Shown: positions 11,296 through 25,444 of the stretch, in pieces
How positions within the stretch are numbered: position 1 is the stretch's first letter
How the letters are laid out: every line of letters starts with the position of its first letter
Assembly (NCBI GenBank): GCA_048128005.1
Contig: JBEUKZ010000111.1
Coordinates: 62,001-126,000, forward strand
Direction: 5' to 3'
DNA length: 64,000 nt
From: Veleropilina oligotropha
Taxonomy: Eukaryota
Notes under the pieces: generated by a model
Databases searched by the model: none
Told to the model about the DNA's origin: nothing
The model's input: only the letters and a program-made list of their open reading frames with translations
Made by a program: the position numbers and the translations under genes

Positions 11296-14200
11296 CTGCA
11301 ACGAGTAATGGATTGGATTAGACCGATTGATGCGTAATGTCCTTGAGATTCAAGGCAGGTCATGTCCATATTATCATGGAAGATAAATGTACGATGATTT
11401 GCATACATTTGTTTTCTTTCTAAACTAATAATTATTATCTCTAATTTACGATAATAATATATTTTCTTGAAAATGACTTATTATATTTAAAGTACCACTA
11501 CTTTAAATATAATAAGTCATTTTCAAGAAAATGCCTCAATGTAAAATTAAAATATGTTTAATTGGCTAAATGATATTCGAAGCGCGTGGTGTCCACCATT
11601 TTGTTTTGTGAAAATAACCGACTTAGGCTATAGCCTAAGTCATGTACGTGAAACAGCCCCCAGGCCGGCTCCTAAGTAAACATTCTGTCCAGACACCAGA
11701 GTAATTAGATCATTTAGAGTAAATAAATATCTATCAAATGGGCATTTAATTATAATTAAAACATTAGTATTGATTAATTTTAGTGCCCCTTGTGTAAACT
11801 TCAGCCCACTAGGGAAACCAGTTATATAACCAAGAGAAGATTATGACTATAATGGTCAAATAAGACCACGCATAATGTACATGTATATCGGTGCGTCTTT
11901 TTACTCAAATATACTCAAATACACTCAAATAAACGTAAATCTATTAAAATAAGGTAATATATATGTACATAGGAGATGCGTATGTATTAAATGTTATCCA
12001 TAAATGAAAAATGTTCATCGTATCGTGAAGAAATGCCGACATACTTAAAATACAGGTAACGCAACGAGCGAAGACTATGTGGGGATTATAAAATTGATAC
12101 ACCGTTTGTCGAAATCACTGACACAATAATTATCTATTTCACCTGTCCATTCTGGACATGTAAAACGCACAACATATGTTAGCAATTAACCCCTAGTCGC
12201 GTTGGATATAATATCGGGCATTCAGAAATACTAAATAATTATTAAAATCGGTGATTTAGCAAGACTGAATATCATCATTTTTACCAGTTTTGCTAATTCG
12301 TTACCCCTGTATCCGCATCCTTTTCTGACTAGAAATACTGATGGCATGATTGTGTTAGAAGCGCATTTGCACTCCATAATATCATAGTATTTAGTAAATG
12401 CAAAGTTAGTTGTAGAATTATATATCATCACCGTCTTCATCCATTTATGCGTTTGAGACTATGTTGCTCTTCTATTCCCTTGTTGCGTTGGCTCTGTTGT
12501 CAAATATTTTAATATTTCGAAAGTTCTAGTACAAATGTTAAACATTATTAATGTAGGGGGTTAACTTGATATTCTTATGTCTTTTAAGTACGCGTATATC
12601 ACTTTATTTGATTGGATATACGATTATTTGAATATATTTTAGTATTTGACAATTCGATGAGAAGTATGATATAGATTATACAGCATTCAGTTTCTTCCAG
12701 ACACGATTATGTCATGAACAGTTCCCTCAAACAATGCTGGTTCTGTATACTTAACTATTGAATCAAAAACATAACCCGTTTAAACAACTGTAATTGACCG
12801 CAACAAAATAAACAGAGGCAAAGCTTCATTGCGAATAGTTATCAGACACGCGCTTTCCGATACTGCGCAATTCGGGATACATACAACATATACATACGGT
12901 AATAGATTAATAACTTGTGCATAATTCGCGAATCTTGTCTACTCAAAATTAGTCAGGCACTTTCCTTCTGTAGTTGATGTGCTATTTATAATTATATATA
13001 TAATACTCGGCTAGTATTGTTAATAAATTTATAACTATAATTATGCCATAGCATAATTTAAATTACAAATGCCTTCCGTTTCCATGTAGCACACATATTT
13101 ATTATTACCTGTAGTAGTAGACCTAAGATGGCATTGTTTCAGTTTTGCCTACATAACATGGCCCACCGGCCCATCACATACTCAAGATTTTGTGTTTGTG
13201 AATGTCTTGAGTAAGCTGATTATGCAATAATTTTATTTACATCTGTGCTAATTAGTTGACACATTATGAGATTAACTTAATTTGTAGGCTACCTGGTGAT
13301 TTACGGTTGTGTCAGCAATCGTAAATAAACAGCCAATCCAGGTTATAAATAATTGATATTCCTTTATTCTGCGCTGAGCACCCACACGTCATTTCATGAA
13401 ATAATATTGGCGCAATAGTACATTTATTCATCCGGTATACGCAATAAACAACTAAACATCGTTGTGCCGAACTATAATAACTCGAATACCGAGATTTGTT
13501 GATGTCATGTCTTTTTACGGCTGAGGTTCTGAATAATATATATAAATTAAACCCTGATAAGTCAAACTTGGATAACTCGAATACTCAGATGTGTTGAAGT
13601 ATTATGGAAGTCTCCTGTACATATTTCTTCATAAGGATGTCACAATAACTACATGTAATAATTAGAATACGAGACACCATTCGTTGTTTTAGGTATCAGA
13701 ACAATTTGCATGATTTAATTCCATGTCAATCACGAGCGAGCCGAAAAATTCGATCTTTATTTCATTAAAATTTAAATTGCTGAATAAACAATATAGAACG
13801 GCGAGCATGGAGTCGCGTGCAACAGAAGATGCATGACTTAGTGTGTACAGCTTTCACAGGCGCTTGGCGAATCTGCCAGTTTGTGAATCACGCAGGTTGA
13901 AAAGGAATGAAAGTTGGCATCATTTAAATTTTGGCGAATATGCCCATGCTCGTCGATGATGGAATTTTCTGTTGTGATGACACATTTTTCGTTATCACAG
14001 GGTAGTCTGTATGTTTTGTTACCCGCTGATAAGACTTTATGTATTTGACTGTAGTTAAATTTATAAAATCAAGGTAATTTTAACTATATAGATAGACTTA
14101 GTCCCAACCAATATTCGAACCCACTACTGTTCGTGTCAGTGGAATCAAGTCAGTGATTTCAGAGTTTGTAAACCAAATCACACGACTGTTGGAGCAGCCG

Positions 14201-15937
14201 GACTCATTCAAATTATTATGCATCAAAAGTGGTTTAATATTCATTGCATAATGAAAAGTTACGGAACAGAAATGTAAACCACCATTTTGGAGACGCAAAA
14301 TTATTATTATGTGTTGTGCGAAATGATACTGCGATAAGTCGTACTAATTTGGGTAATGGTAGAGCGAAATGCTTCTATCAACAGTTGCTGGTCTTTGTGT
14401 TGCATCTCTTCTTGAACAAACATTTCTTAATAATGTACATAGGGACTTATAAATAGTTTATGTTATATAAAAATAAAGATTCGTTTTAACATGTTGCAAG
14501 TTACATTTAGTTTGTTTAATTGGAGCCGTTTAGGCACATGTTTAGCACATTTGAATTATCAAAAAGATATTTAAGATTTGAAGTTGTAAAATAAGCATAT
14601 CTTATGTGAGCGAACTCGGCACAGTCAGGCAAGGTGTGCTTAAATGCGAGTTGTTCATCGCAAGAGATGGGTACTGATGGATCTTTTCCCTTCAGTAGAA
14701 AATCGTGATTTATTCGAGAATGTTCATTTCGACGTATTAGTGCATATGCTAAGTTACGTTTGCTAATTTAAATTTTCCCAAAAAAATAACATTATCAAAA
14801 AAAATGTTAATTTTTTAAATTTTTCGCCCAAAAAATAAATTTTCCAAAAAAATTGCCATAACTCTTATTCTGCTTTCACTAGACTGTTCATACTTCGCAG
14901 ACGTATGAGTGCATAATAATGCAAAATTACATTTGCTAATTTAATGTTTTTTTCTGAAATTGAAATTTTCGAAAAAAATATTACATTTTTTAACTTTTCG
15001 AAAAAAATATATATTTCAAAAATTTTCGTCAAAATTTAAATTTGCCATAACTCTTATTCTGCTTTGACTACACTGTTCAAACTTCGCAGACGCATTAGTG
15101 CATATGCAAAGTTACGTTTGCTCTGCCTTCATGCTTCACTTTAAACGTCTTATATATCAAAAATAATGAATTACGCACGATCAGCTTGAAGCCCTGTACA
15201 GCTGCTTTGCAGCTTTAATGTTGAATTTAAAATTTAATATCGGGACTTTTAGCCTAAAAAAATGTGGAATCCCCTTGTATGGCGATACATGCAATACATC
15301 TCTGTCGCATTCCGCTGAATAGTCTTTAGATGTAATTAATCTTTTGATGTGCATAATTAAAACATCACACTCGTCTTCCAGAAATCCTCTCAAATCCTGT
15401 ATGTGCTATCAGTCTGGGTCAGGCTGCTCGACATATAGCTAACTGGTCATACATATGCTTTATGCCCATGCCATGTTTTGGGTAAGATCCTGCTGTAGAA
15501 ACAGAGTGATATGCACATGATGTGAACGAGGAGTGTTGTCCTCATGAAATACAACATGTATATGATTAATATCCATGTTTTGATAAATGGGACAATTAAG
15601 GATGTTGGCGATATACACACAAGCAGTATCCGTATTTTGTGACATTTTTTTTTGATCGCTACTGTGTTGTAAAGCGGTGTTTCCTTTTATACGGATATGA
15701 TCCGTGTCAATCGAGATGGTTGTAATAAGAAGGAGTGTTTCCTTTAATCCAATGCGAATGCATCTCTCATCCATTTACTTGTTCGTTTGTCACCCCTTAA
15801 TTTTCATTCGCAACATGGCGCGATTCATCCGATACAAATATTTTTCCGTAAGGCAATTTGGATAGATGGTAAAATACCAGTACAAATTTCCTATTTTTCT
15901 GCCAAATGATCTGTAAACATACTGAGCGCTGGGCGTG

Positions 15938-16209
15938 AAAAAAGGAAAGGATCGATGCTAAATGTTCTGTATATTTCCAACCATCATTTGGTTCAAAGCA
16001 GGACTTCGTATTATCGTGGGAGGAAAGCCTGGTCGCCTGGGGAAACCCGCCCTCTCCGACTAGTTACGGGCAACTGTTATTCATAACTTGAACAAATGTG
16101 TGCTGCCCCAGCCGAAGTTTGAACACACTACTGTTCGCGTCAGCGGAATAAAGCCGGTGATTTTTCGGAGTTCACAACCGATACCACACAGTTATAGAAG
16201 CTGCCTGGC
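15938..16209 (-). mobile_element. tRNA-derived SINE (family A)
   Basis: A/B-box-like head, conserved core CAGTTGTCCGTAACTGGTCG..GGGTTTCC..GGCTTTCCTCC, CCTTT tail; other copies at ~14090-14200, 18803-19042, 19112-19376, 19437-19687, 20168-20400, 24160-24338, 24865-25110. Confidence 0.7.
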
Positions 16210-16784
16210 TTAGCGTGGAAAGACTGTGTTATGCGCCTTGTTGCAGCCTGTTCCTGTCAACATCGTGTCTTCTCCGGTTGTTTCCAAGAAAGTCGTATCC
16301 CATAGCAGAACAGCAGCCAAATATTGTTCATCATGCAATAATAACCGGAATACGAGTGGTATTTCTATGAGGAACGGACCACGCCAATTCATAAACATAT
16401 AATTTTAACTCATCCGCATTGGTTTCGGATCGGACTAAACTGGACACCCCAATTGGATACGGAGCACATCGGAAACACAGCTTAAGGCTCATAACTTCTG
16501 TCCATTACAGGATACATTTCCGAAAATGATTGAAATTTGTTCACAATTTGCCAACAATTACTCTAATTAATATGATACACGTTACCCTTGTAAAAATTAA
16601 ATTTTGTCTCAGGATATTCAGTCTAGTTATGCAGTTCTGTAAATATAATACAGAACTGCATAATTGTGATAAGCATTCGTAACATCGTGAGGCAAATTTC
16701 TACGTTAGTACAAAAATACTGCCGGACTTCGAAAATAGGGTATGCCGTACACCCTGGCTAAAACACCGCCTGAGCCCTGTATAT

Positions 16785-18120
16785 AACTAGATGCTCAGTC
16801 ACGAGTGACCGCATATGTATCCCCCGGTAATGACCTGTCTAGAGCTATCACAAGGAATTACGCTTAAAAAAAATATGGAGGCCACAGCGGCCATCTTGGA
16901 GGTGTGGCCTTCATCTTGGAGGCCGGACCACACCCAAAATCTATATAGCCATTTTGTTCGTTATATCGAATTTTTTTATTTTCCTTATTTCAAATATCTA
17001 AGCTCTAGCATCAATATTAACCGAGTTGGCCATTTCCTGACCATTTTCTTGCAAACGTCTTTTTCCTTAATTAGGTCATTTCCTGCAATGTAGGTCAACT
17101 AAGGTCAAAGGTCAAGGTCACATGTGAAAGATCAACCATGACTTCCCATAGGCTCCCCAAAGTAATTATGTGTCCACGGTGCATCCTTTTTTATATATTG
17201 CCACTTGAAACAATGCTTTAATGGCTGCCGAGGCACTTCCTGATTTTCAATTTTATCTGGCATAATTGGTAAATGTAGACTACATACATCAAGAGGAGTT
17301 CACTTTAACCACTATAAGCACACATATATTTATATCCATTTTTCCTTAATTAGGTCATTTAGAGCAATGTAGGTCATCTGACGTCAAAGGTCATGGTGCC
17401 ATTTGAAAGCGCAACCATGATTTCCCATACGCTCCACATAGTGATCATGTGTCTACGTTGCATCATTTTCAAGATATAGCAATTTTAAAGACCCTTAAAA
17501 TTTAAATCCAAAATGGCGGTCGGTTAAATTTAAAAATAAAAAACCACTTTCATGACATTTTAGAAAATTAACTTTGGTATCTGCATATATAAATCATGTC
17601 ACGCTAGGTTAAATATTAGCAAATTTATAAAAGAAAATAGTTTTCTAATGAAATTCAAGATGGCCTCCAAAATATTTGGGCCACGTGACCCAAAATATAT
17701 AGGTGTCGTGTCCTCGCCCCAGCCAATGCAAATACCAAATTTGAATACATTCCGTTAAGAAATGGCCTGTCGAGAGCGATTACAAGGAATTTTGCTTAAA
17801 ATCCAAGATGGAGGCCACAGCGGCCATCTTGTATGGCGGACCACACCCAAAATCTATAGTTACCGTTTCCTCGCCCCAACCAATGTGCATACCAAATTTG
17901 AAAACATTATATTAAGAAATGGCCTGCCTAGAGCGATCACAAGGAATTATGCTTAAAATTCAAGATGGAGGCCACAGTGGCCATTTTGGAGGGCAGACCA
18001 CACCCAAATTCTATAGGTGTCGTGTCCTCGCCTCAACCAATGCACATACCAAATTTAAAAACATTCCATCACGAAACGGCCTGCCTAGAGCGATCACGAG
18101 GAATCTCTCGGCGAAAGCTG
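16785..18120 (-). mobile_element. HINE-like element(s) with ~165-bp tandem units, interrupted
   Basis: Same ACTAGATGCTCAGTC..GTATCCCCCG end and CAAGATGGAGGCCACAG units as 2744-3190. Confidence 0.55.
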
Positions 18121-18302
18121 AGTAACGAACGCTAAACCATAGTCTTTGGCAGTTAGAGATATAGAGCAAAATAACCTTGCTAATGCTGTAATGCCTTGCA
18201 TCCATTTTCTTCACTTCAACTTCACATGGGGAATATAAGTCATATTGTGCAATTAATCTCAGCTACACGATCATGTCTCTAGGAGGGTGATTTCTATCTT
18301 AC

Positions 18303-18359
18303 CCACAATGCCACGTTATATGGTCCCCACTGCTTCAACACGAATGATGCTCCAATGGT
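18303..18359 (-). CDS. RAB20: Rab20-like GTPase exon (switch I)
   Basis: TIGASFVLKQWGPYNVALW; TTTTCTGTTAG acceptor, GTAAG donor; 57 nt, phase 0; LKQW..YN...W is characteristic of Rab20. Confidence 0.9.
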
Positions 18360-18664
18360 CTAACAGAAAAGTACATGCTAGTGAATATTTGTTCAAAAGT
18401 AAAAATAAACTAATATTTTATTACCTAATTTATGAAAAATTAAGGCACAAAATAATGTATTCAATTATAAATACACAAAGATTATAATTAACATACATAA
18501 TATTGCAACATTTGAATGGCAGTATAAGAAGACAAAGGCCTATTTCAATTATTTCCTTCTAAATGAATACAAAGTGACAATGTTTTGCATAATTTCGGAA
18601 TATTATTGATAATATATCTATAGGTTCATAGAAATGATGTCATCGTGTGGGAATTAGAACTAAC

Positions 18665-18758
18665 GCTTTCAGTGGAACAAAACTTTCCCTCGCTGTATCG
18701 CAAAACAAGTGAAGTTTTGCCAACAGCATGGTCGCCCATAATCACCACCTTCAGGTCC
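18665..18758 (-). CDS. RAB20: Rab20-like GTPase exon (P-loop)
   Basis: DLKVVIMGDHAVGKTSLVLRYSEGKFCSTES; TTTTACAG acceptor, GTTAG donor; 94 nt; the upstream start exon was not identified. Confidence 0.9.
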
Positions 18759-19111
18759 CTGTAAAAAGGTAAAGGTTTCCATTATTATTGTTGCTCTAGG
18801 AGGTAATGGATGGATTGATCCTGTATATTTCCAATCATCCGGTTCAAGGCAGGACTTGTCCATATTATCGCACGACGAAAGCCCGGTTGCCCGGGGAAAC
18901 CCGACTGAGTTACGGAAAACTGTGACTGCTAATTAAACACATAATGTTAATGGCCCAGCCGAGATTCGAAACCACTCGTATTTGTTAGCGCAATCGAGGC
19001 AGTGATTACAGAGTCTGCACTCTATACCACACGACTACCGGGGTGAGCACTTACTCTCGGAGGTACACGATATCACCTTTACCTCTGGCTAGCTTGCTTG
19101 TGATCCTGTTA

Positions 19112-19376
19112 AAGGAAAGGAAAGGATCGATGCTTAATATCTTGTATATTTCCAACCATCATTTGGTTCAAAGCAGCTAGGACATGTCCGTATTATCGCG
19201 GAAGGAAAGCCCGGGTAAACCCGCCTTCTTCGACCAGTTACGGACAACTGTGATTCATAATGAACCAATGTGTGCTTCCCCTGCCGAGGTTTGAACCCAC
19301 TCCTGTTCTCGTCGGCGGAATCAAGTCAGTGATTTTCTGAGTCCACAACCGATACCACTGTACTGTCGAAGCGGCA
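19112..19376 (-). mobile_element. Full-length tRNA-derived SINE (family A) with 11-bp TSD
   Basis: TGATCCTGTTA at 19101-19111 and 19379-19389; B box GGTTCAAACC; (CCTTT)n tail. Confidence 0.8.
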
Positions 19377-19436
19377 TATGATCCTGTTATATTCATTGGT
19401 ATACTATTATCATCTTAAAGAGCTAGGTCTGAGAAG

Positions 19437-19687
19437 CGGGCTGCGCCAACAGTCGAGTGGTCTCCAGTGCCTAGTCTGAAATCAATGGCTTAATTCCGCT
19501 GACGAACAGTAGTGGGTTCGAATCTCAGTGGGCGCATTTGCTTTATTTGTTCAGTTATGGATCACAGTTGTCCGTAACTGGTCGAAGAGGGCGGGTTTCC
19601 CGGGCTTTCCTCCTGTGATAATATGGACATGCATGAACTGCTTTTAACTTGATTGTTGTACATGTAAATATACAGGATATTAAGCAT
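19437..19687 (+). mobile_element. tRNA-derived SINE (family A), opposite orientation
   Basis: GGGTTCGAATC B box and the shared core sequence. Confidence 0.7.
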
Positions 19688-19850
19688 TGGTAGAAATGAG
19701 ATTAGTCACACACGTTAGCAACATGCAGCAATATGAATTTCATACTGTTGTAATCATGGAACCAATCCCGCCTTTTGACGTTGTATTTATGTGCTCCCAG
19801 TCCCAAATCACGTCAAAAGATTGGCTAAATTCACCCTCGCTAATCCCCAT

Positions 19851-20017
19851 GATACATACATGCATGCATACATACATACATACATACATACATACATACA
19901 AACATACATACATACATACATACATACATACATACATACATACATACATACATACATACATACATACATGCATGCATGCATACATACATACATACATACA
20001 TACATACATACATACAC

Positions 20018-20041
<24 letters not shown>
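19851..20041. repeat. (CATA)n microsatellite
   Basis: Direct inspection; source of several spurious ORFs. Confidence 0.97.
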
Positions 20042-20048
<7 letters not shown>

Positions 20049-22612
20049 GAAATGAAGTCACAACACTGTTCCATAAGGTGGCACGGTTTATAAAGAAGAA
20101 TAGATAATGGTCGAGATCTGACAACCAGCCGGACGCATGTATACCCGATCAGTCAGTTGTGGAGGTGAAAAGGGAAAGGATGGATGCTTAATATCCTGTA
20201 TATTTCCAATCATTAAGATCAAACAGGAATGTCCATATTATTGCGGGAGGAAAGCCTGGTCGCTCGGGGAAACCCGCCCTCTACGACTAGTTACGGACAA
20301 CTGTGATTCATAACTTGAACAAACAATGACACGTCTCAACCGAGATTCGAACCGACGACTGATCACGTCAGTGATTTATTGGAGTCTGCAACCGAAATCA
20401 AATAAAGAGCTTGCTTAATTTCATCTTCTGGTTGCTTAATAATTACATTGTATCATATGGGAAAGCCTCAAGAATCTATCTCTGGTTATTTAACACTATG
20501 AAGTTTTAGATACTAGTACACTTCTTAGCAGTTTCAGCAGACCTACAATCAGACGCCAACATATTGTCCGTTGGCACTGCCATACCAGTACAATACTATA
20601 TTCCTCGCTGTTCATTTTATGATTTAATTCCCATCTACACCCACACTCTGTGATAGAAATTAAGATTTTGCTCACGTCTGACATACCATATATGATGTGC
20701 GGTACATTCATATAGCTTGCACTATCAATATTATTGTATGGGCCGAGGACTAATTTAACAAAATAAAATAGCAATCATTTCAAGACTGTTTATATAGCTG
20801 TATTTCTGTTTCTCAGATCGCACCAAAAATTTAAAATATGAATATGTGATATGAAATTTTGGTCTCTTTCATGATTCTATCATGGTTTATGAATCACAAT
20901 GGCTTGTAATAGCAATTAATTTATCATGGTTGGCAACATTCTTTTAAGACCACTTTTAGCAATTTTTCAGCTGTGTCGGGACATCCGGTTTAAGGTCTCA
21001 CTCTGATCTGACCGACATACATTAGGGATATGCCTTCTATTATTTTAAGGGTTAGAATAGCCACGCCGGGGCGGGGGTTTGACTCTACATCCTACCGCTG
21101 GCCTCATACCCGGGACCAACTAACAACTTCGACCAGAAGCTTAATGGTAATAATGATAAAGTGGACTGTAGCAGTATTGACATATTTTCATGAAAAGGGA
21201 ACTATCAAAATAATCACTTATAGCTAAATTACTACAGGTTTGAGAATGTCTCAAAAGTATACCATTGAGCATATAAATCACTTTTATGAAGGTATACGGT
21301 ACCAGTTAAATGTAAGCTTGGAAGATATATCTTAGGTGAATTGTTTCTGTTACCTAAGGTAAGGAGGCAGACACAGCTAAGTGACCACCCCCCCCCCCCT
21401 TCCACATTCAGTTTATTTTATTTCATAAATCGGTCTCTAAAACTGGTGTATTAGACACCACAGCTATATAATGTAGGAGAGGATGTCTTTCATCATTGAA
21501 TAATAATATATTTACATCACAATATTATCAAACAAATAAATCATGCGAATACCACTTTCAGCCTTTAAAATTTAGGCCTACTCATCTCCGGTCCACGCCC
21601 TGGCCCCCCGGTTATATCTGTTTTGATCGCCTGTTTTTTGTATTTTATAAAATTATAATTTGATATACCGGTATAGGCCTATGTGGTAAAGGTGAAATAA
21701 ATATTTATTAATGTCATACTGTATCCAGAGTATAAAATCTAAAAGCATGCTACTCAATTAGCTGATATATTCAATTCAAAGGAAGACGGAACATTTTTGT
21801 TTTATTGTTAAAATCTGTTAAAAATAGAATACTATCGTTTTTTGTATGGAGAATAGGGATTTGTGATATCTAGAATGCAGTACGTGTTATATATTAATTA
21901 TGAACACAACAAAGCAAAGATAAATCGTTTTTTCACACAAGAATGTCAAGTGTGCAATGGTGAAATTGCGTCCATACATGCTTTAATATTTGTGTAATAA
22001 AATTAATGAAATGTAAATTAATTAAAGCACACGTCATGCTTTTATCAGAAAACAAGTTGTGAGAGGCCGCACTCTACGATACCGAAAACTTGAAAGGCGA
22101 GGCTGATCGCCGAACGTTGGCTTACTCATGAAGAGAAATGTATTAAATGTGAGATCCCTAGGTTTATATGTAGCGCAAAAATCAGCAATTGAAAATTAAG
22201 ACGGGGAATACGAATGTATATCATCGCTTTTCAACAGTAAACAACAACAGACTGCATAAACCGGAAGGTCTTTTGCCACCCAAACCTCGTTCTGACATAC
22301 GCGATACGTCACGCTGTTGTCTCGAATAGCGATTAATTTAAACGATAAAAAATTACTGACAGAAGTTCAATATTAAAAAAATATATATTATAAATGAAAA
22401 TTGTAATGCGGTTAGCCAAATTTAGTATATATAAATGGTGTCCTAAATAAGCTTTCGTACAACGCAAATTACAAATTTTGTTGTCGAATTTCAGCAAAAT
22501 TTTGATTGTCATTCTTTGAAAAGAAAACTAACCGGCAAAACTTTCAGCCTATTGCCATGGATTATCTCACAAAATTATATAATTTTTTAATGCTGTTTAC
22601 ATGCATATATGA

Positions 22613-23060
22613 AAACAAGAACGACGCGTTCGAAATATGTCTTGACATTTCTTTGTTTCCGTCAAATTTTCAGAACAGTTATAACGTTACAATGGCGAAG
22701 TGTATGTACAGTAGTTTACCACCCCGTCGATTGTGACGTCACTCAATGACGATTAATCTAAAGCGTCATCGTAATGACGTCATTGCTATTTGCTTGATAT
22801 TTGACATACGTTATATAGCATATATGCATAAAAGTACCCAATAAATGCATATTTTTGCAAAAAATTGTCGCGAAAGTTATATACACGACCTACAAATACT
22901 CCTGAGAATGTGTGTACCAATTTTGGTGAAAATTGAGCCGGTAATTTTCAAATAAATCGACGGATATATATATATATGTAAGTATATAAGTATATATGTA
23001 TATACACACGGACCATTTGATAATTTCTTGTCCTTTTTTACAATAAGGTCAAGACATAAA
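22613..23060 (-). mobile_element. HINE/DINE-like element, same family as 6872-7385
   Basis: High similarity along its length, same subterminal IRs and hairpin. Confidence 0.75.
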
Positions 23061-25135
23061 AATAATGTTTGTTGTATCTTCACTGACAGACGTGACATTT
23101 GTTCCGTTATGAATCACAGTAGTTTGTAACTGCATGATCGAATAGAGGGTGGATTCCCTCAAGCGATATTTAAAAAAGATAATTGCAACAGATAATTTAT
23201 TAGAAAGACTTCGGCCTATAGAATAACATATCAATTAAGTCTACAAATAAAAGGAAATATTAGTAAATTTTTATTAAATATCTCACCGTAATTTTTCTCC
23301 CATTTTTGCAAATCGGTGACGTTTCGTGAGTTAAAATGGCACCTTGTGATGTTTAATAAAAAAACATGTCACACTATATGAATACTTGGTAACTGATAGA
23401 GGGCACAGCTAATATGGACTTGTCCAGCCCTGAATCCGATGGTTGTAAATATACAGGACAGTATAATCATCAATCCATCCATCTATGATATCTAAACTTG
23501 GTAAATTATGTATGTTCAAAATGTTTCTATTTGTTTCGTGTATATAATATACATGCGGTAGACAATCATCTTTTAAAATATCCAGATTACTTTGAAATTT
23601 GAATAATGATATTACATAATGTTACAAGTATTGACATATGACATTATTGATGTGCTTAAATAATAAATTGATTGTTGATAATGGCAGGCTTAAACTTCAT
23701 CTCGTCTGATGTTACTCACAGGGTACGTCGACTCGCTGTCTCGAGATAATGTTAAACATGTACACTTTGCATCAACAAGGGAGTAGTTGGTAATGAAAGC
23801 AGAGCTATATATCGTGATGTACTGGTAGGTGAGTTGACACGATTGTGGGCTCTCAATTTATTGGCTTGACTGCTCTCTCTTACAAGAGCGAATTCGAGTT
23901 CTCAGTTGTCCAAAACTGGTCTTGAGGTGGGCTTTCCTTCAGTGATAATATGGACGTGACCTCGCATGAACCTGAAGATTGTTATAACGGAGCAAAAATC
24001 AAAGTTTTATCTGAAATAAAGTATCCTTTACAGTGCAGTTTTTGTTGACAAGTCAATATTACCAACAGCTAGGTTTCCAATTGTAAGCATTTGTGAACAT
24101 ATAGGATCGGGATTATGATAATGCCATCATGTATGTATTATTTCTGTTATTAGTAGTGGGGTCAAACGTCGGCAGAGGCAGCACACATTTGTGTAAGTTA
24201 AGAATTACAGTTGTCCGTAACTGGTCGGAGAGGGAGAGGCGACAGGGCTTTCCTCCGCGATAATATGGACATGTCCTGCTTTAAGCAAATGATGGTTGAA
24301 AATATACAGTTCATTAAGCATCAATCCTTTCCTTTTCATTTTATTAGTTGCGCCATGATTTAGATTACTACTATTGCTGCCCTTAACCTGTGAAAATGTA
24401 TTGTAATTAGTGATGACAGATGCGAAGTGGAGTCATTACTCCTGATGTGTGATCAATTATAGCAAAACGGGTTGATATTGTATCGACTTTCCCAAAATTA
24501 TGCGCCCTCTATCTGGTCAATTTAAGTAAAAGTATTAATTTGTTTAAACTTTAAAGACAACTCTTTTCATATAAACTACTATTACTTTCTTAGAATATTC
24601 ATATAATATAATATTATATGTACATGTATATTGATAAAAAAAGCCATGGACACGATGTTGCGACAACATTTTGATATTGGTGGAATAAATTTCAGATTAG
24701 GGTAGTTATGTAACAATCATGCCTATACTGAACAGTGAAGATTTTGATGAACAGTTATCACAATTCTTTCTGTATCAACAACTATTTCAAAGAAAAGATT
24801 ATTTGTTAGAGTGGTTATTTTCAATATATCACCATTCTCAATGAGCCTTTTCTCTATGATATTTGGCCGCCCCATAGTCGTGTGGTGTTGAGTGCCGAAT
24901 CTGAAATCACTGGCTCGATTGCGCTAACTAACAGAACTTTGTTTGAATCTCGGCTGGCACATTAACATTCCTTGTTCAGTTATCAACCACAGTTGTCTGT
25001 AACTGGCCTTAGAGGGTGGGTTTCCTCGGGCTTTCCACCCACGATAATATGGACATGTCCAACCTTAAATCTGATAGTTGAAAATATACAGGACATTTAG
25101 CATCAGTCCAGCCATCTGCGATATCTGAACAAACA

Positions 25136-25444
25136 CAGGGGCGGATCCAGGATTTTGATAAAGTGGAGTCCAACTTTCCTAAAATATACTATCAACTGTT
25201 TGCGATCACGCGAAATAAAATTGTGACAATCCTGAAACCTCCTCTCCTGCGCTCTGACAGGGCAAAACCGATATTTCTTACCAACATCTATGAACCATTT
25301 TCACTAAAATGTAGGAGTAATTTTACATTTTTTCCACAATCTAACACATTGAGTTTTTTAATGGCCGAGGCAAAAGGGCACTTGGTCCGTCGAGGGGGGG
25401 GGGGGGGTCCGACCCCCACGGACCCCCGTCTGGATCCGCCCCTG
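25136..25444. mobile_element. MITE with CAGGGGCGGATCCAG TIRs (hAT-like ends)
   Basis: 15-bp perfect TIRs; AAACA on both sides. Confidence 0.65.

Noticed and set aside
12231..12500. Short minus-strand ORF, possible transposase remnant
   Set aside because: No recognisable motif
15181..16398. Short minus-strand ORFs, including LLWDTT resembling Rab WDT
   Set aside because: The true G3 exon is at 11183-11295; these lack consistent splice phases or motifs
19687..20124. HTYI/MYVC repeat ORFs
   Set aside because: (CATA)n microsatellite artefacts
22100..22330. Possible Rab20 first exon or promoter (ATGA|GTAAG, CCGGAAG)
   Set aside because: Phase 1 donor does not fit the phase 2 acceptor of the P-loop exon; evidence insufficient
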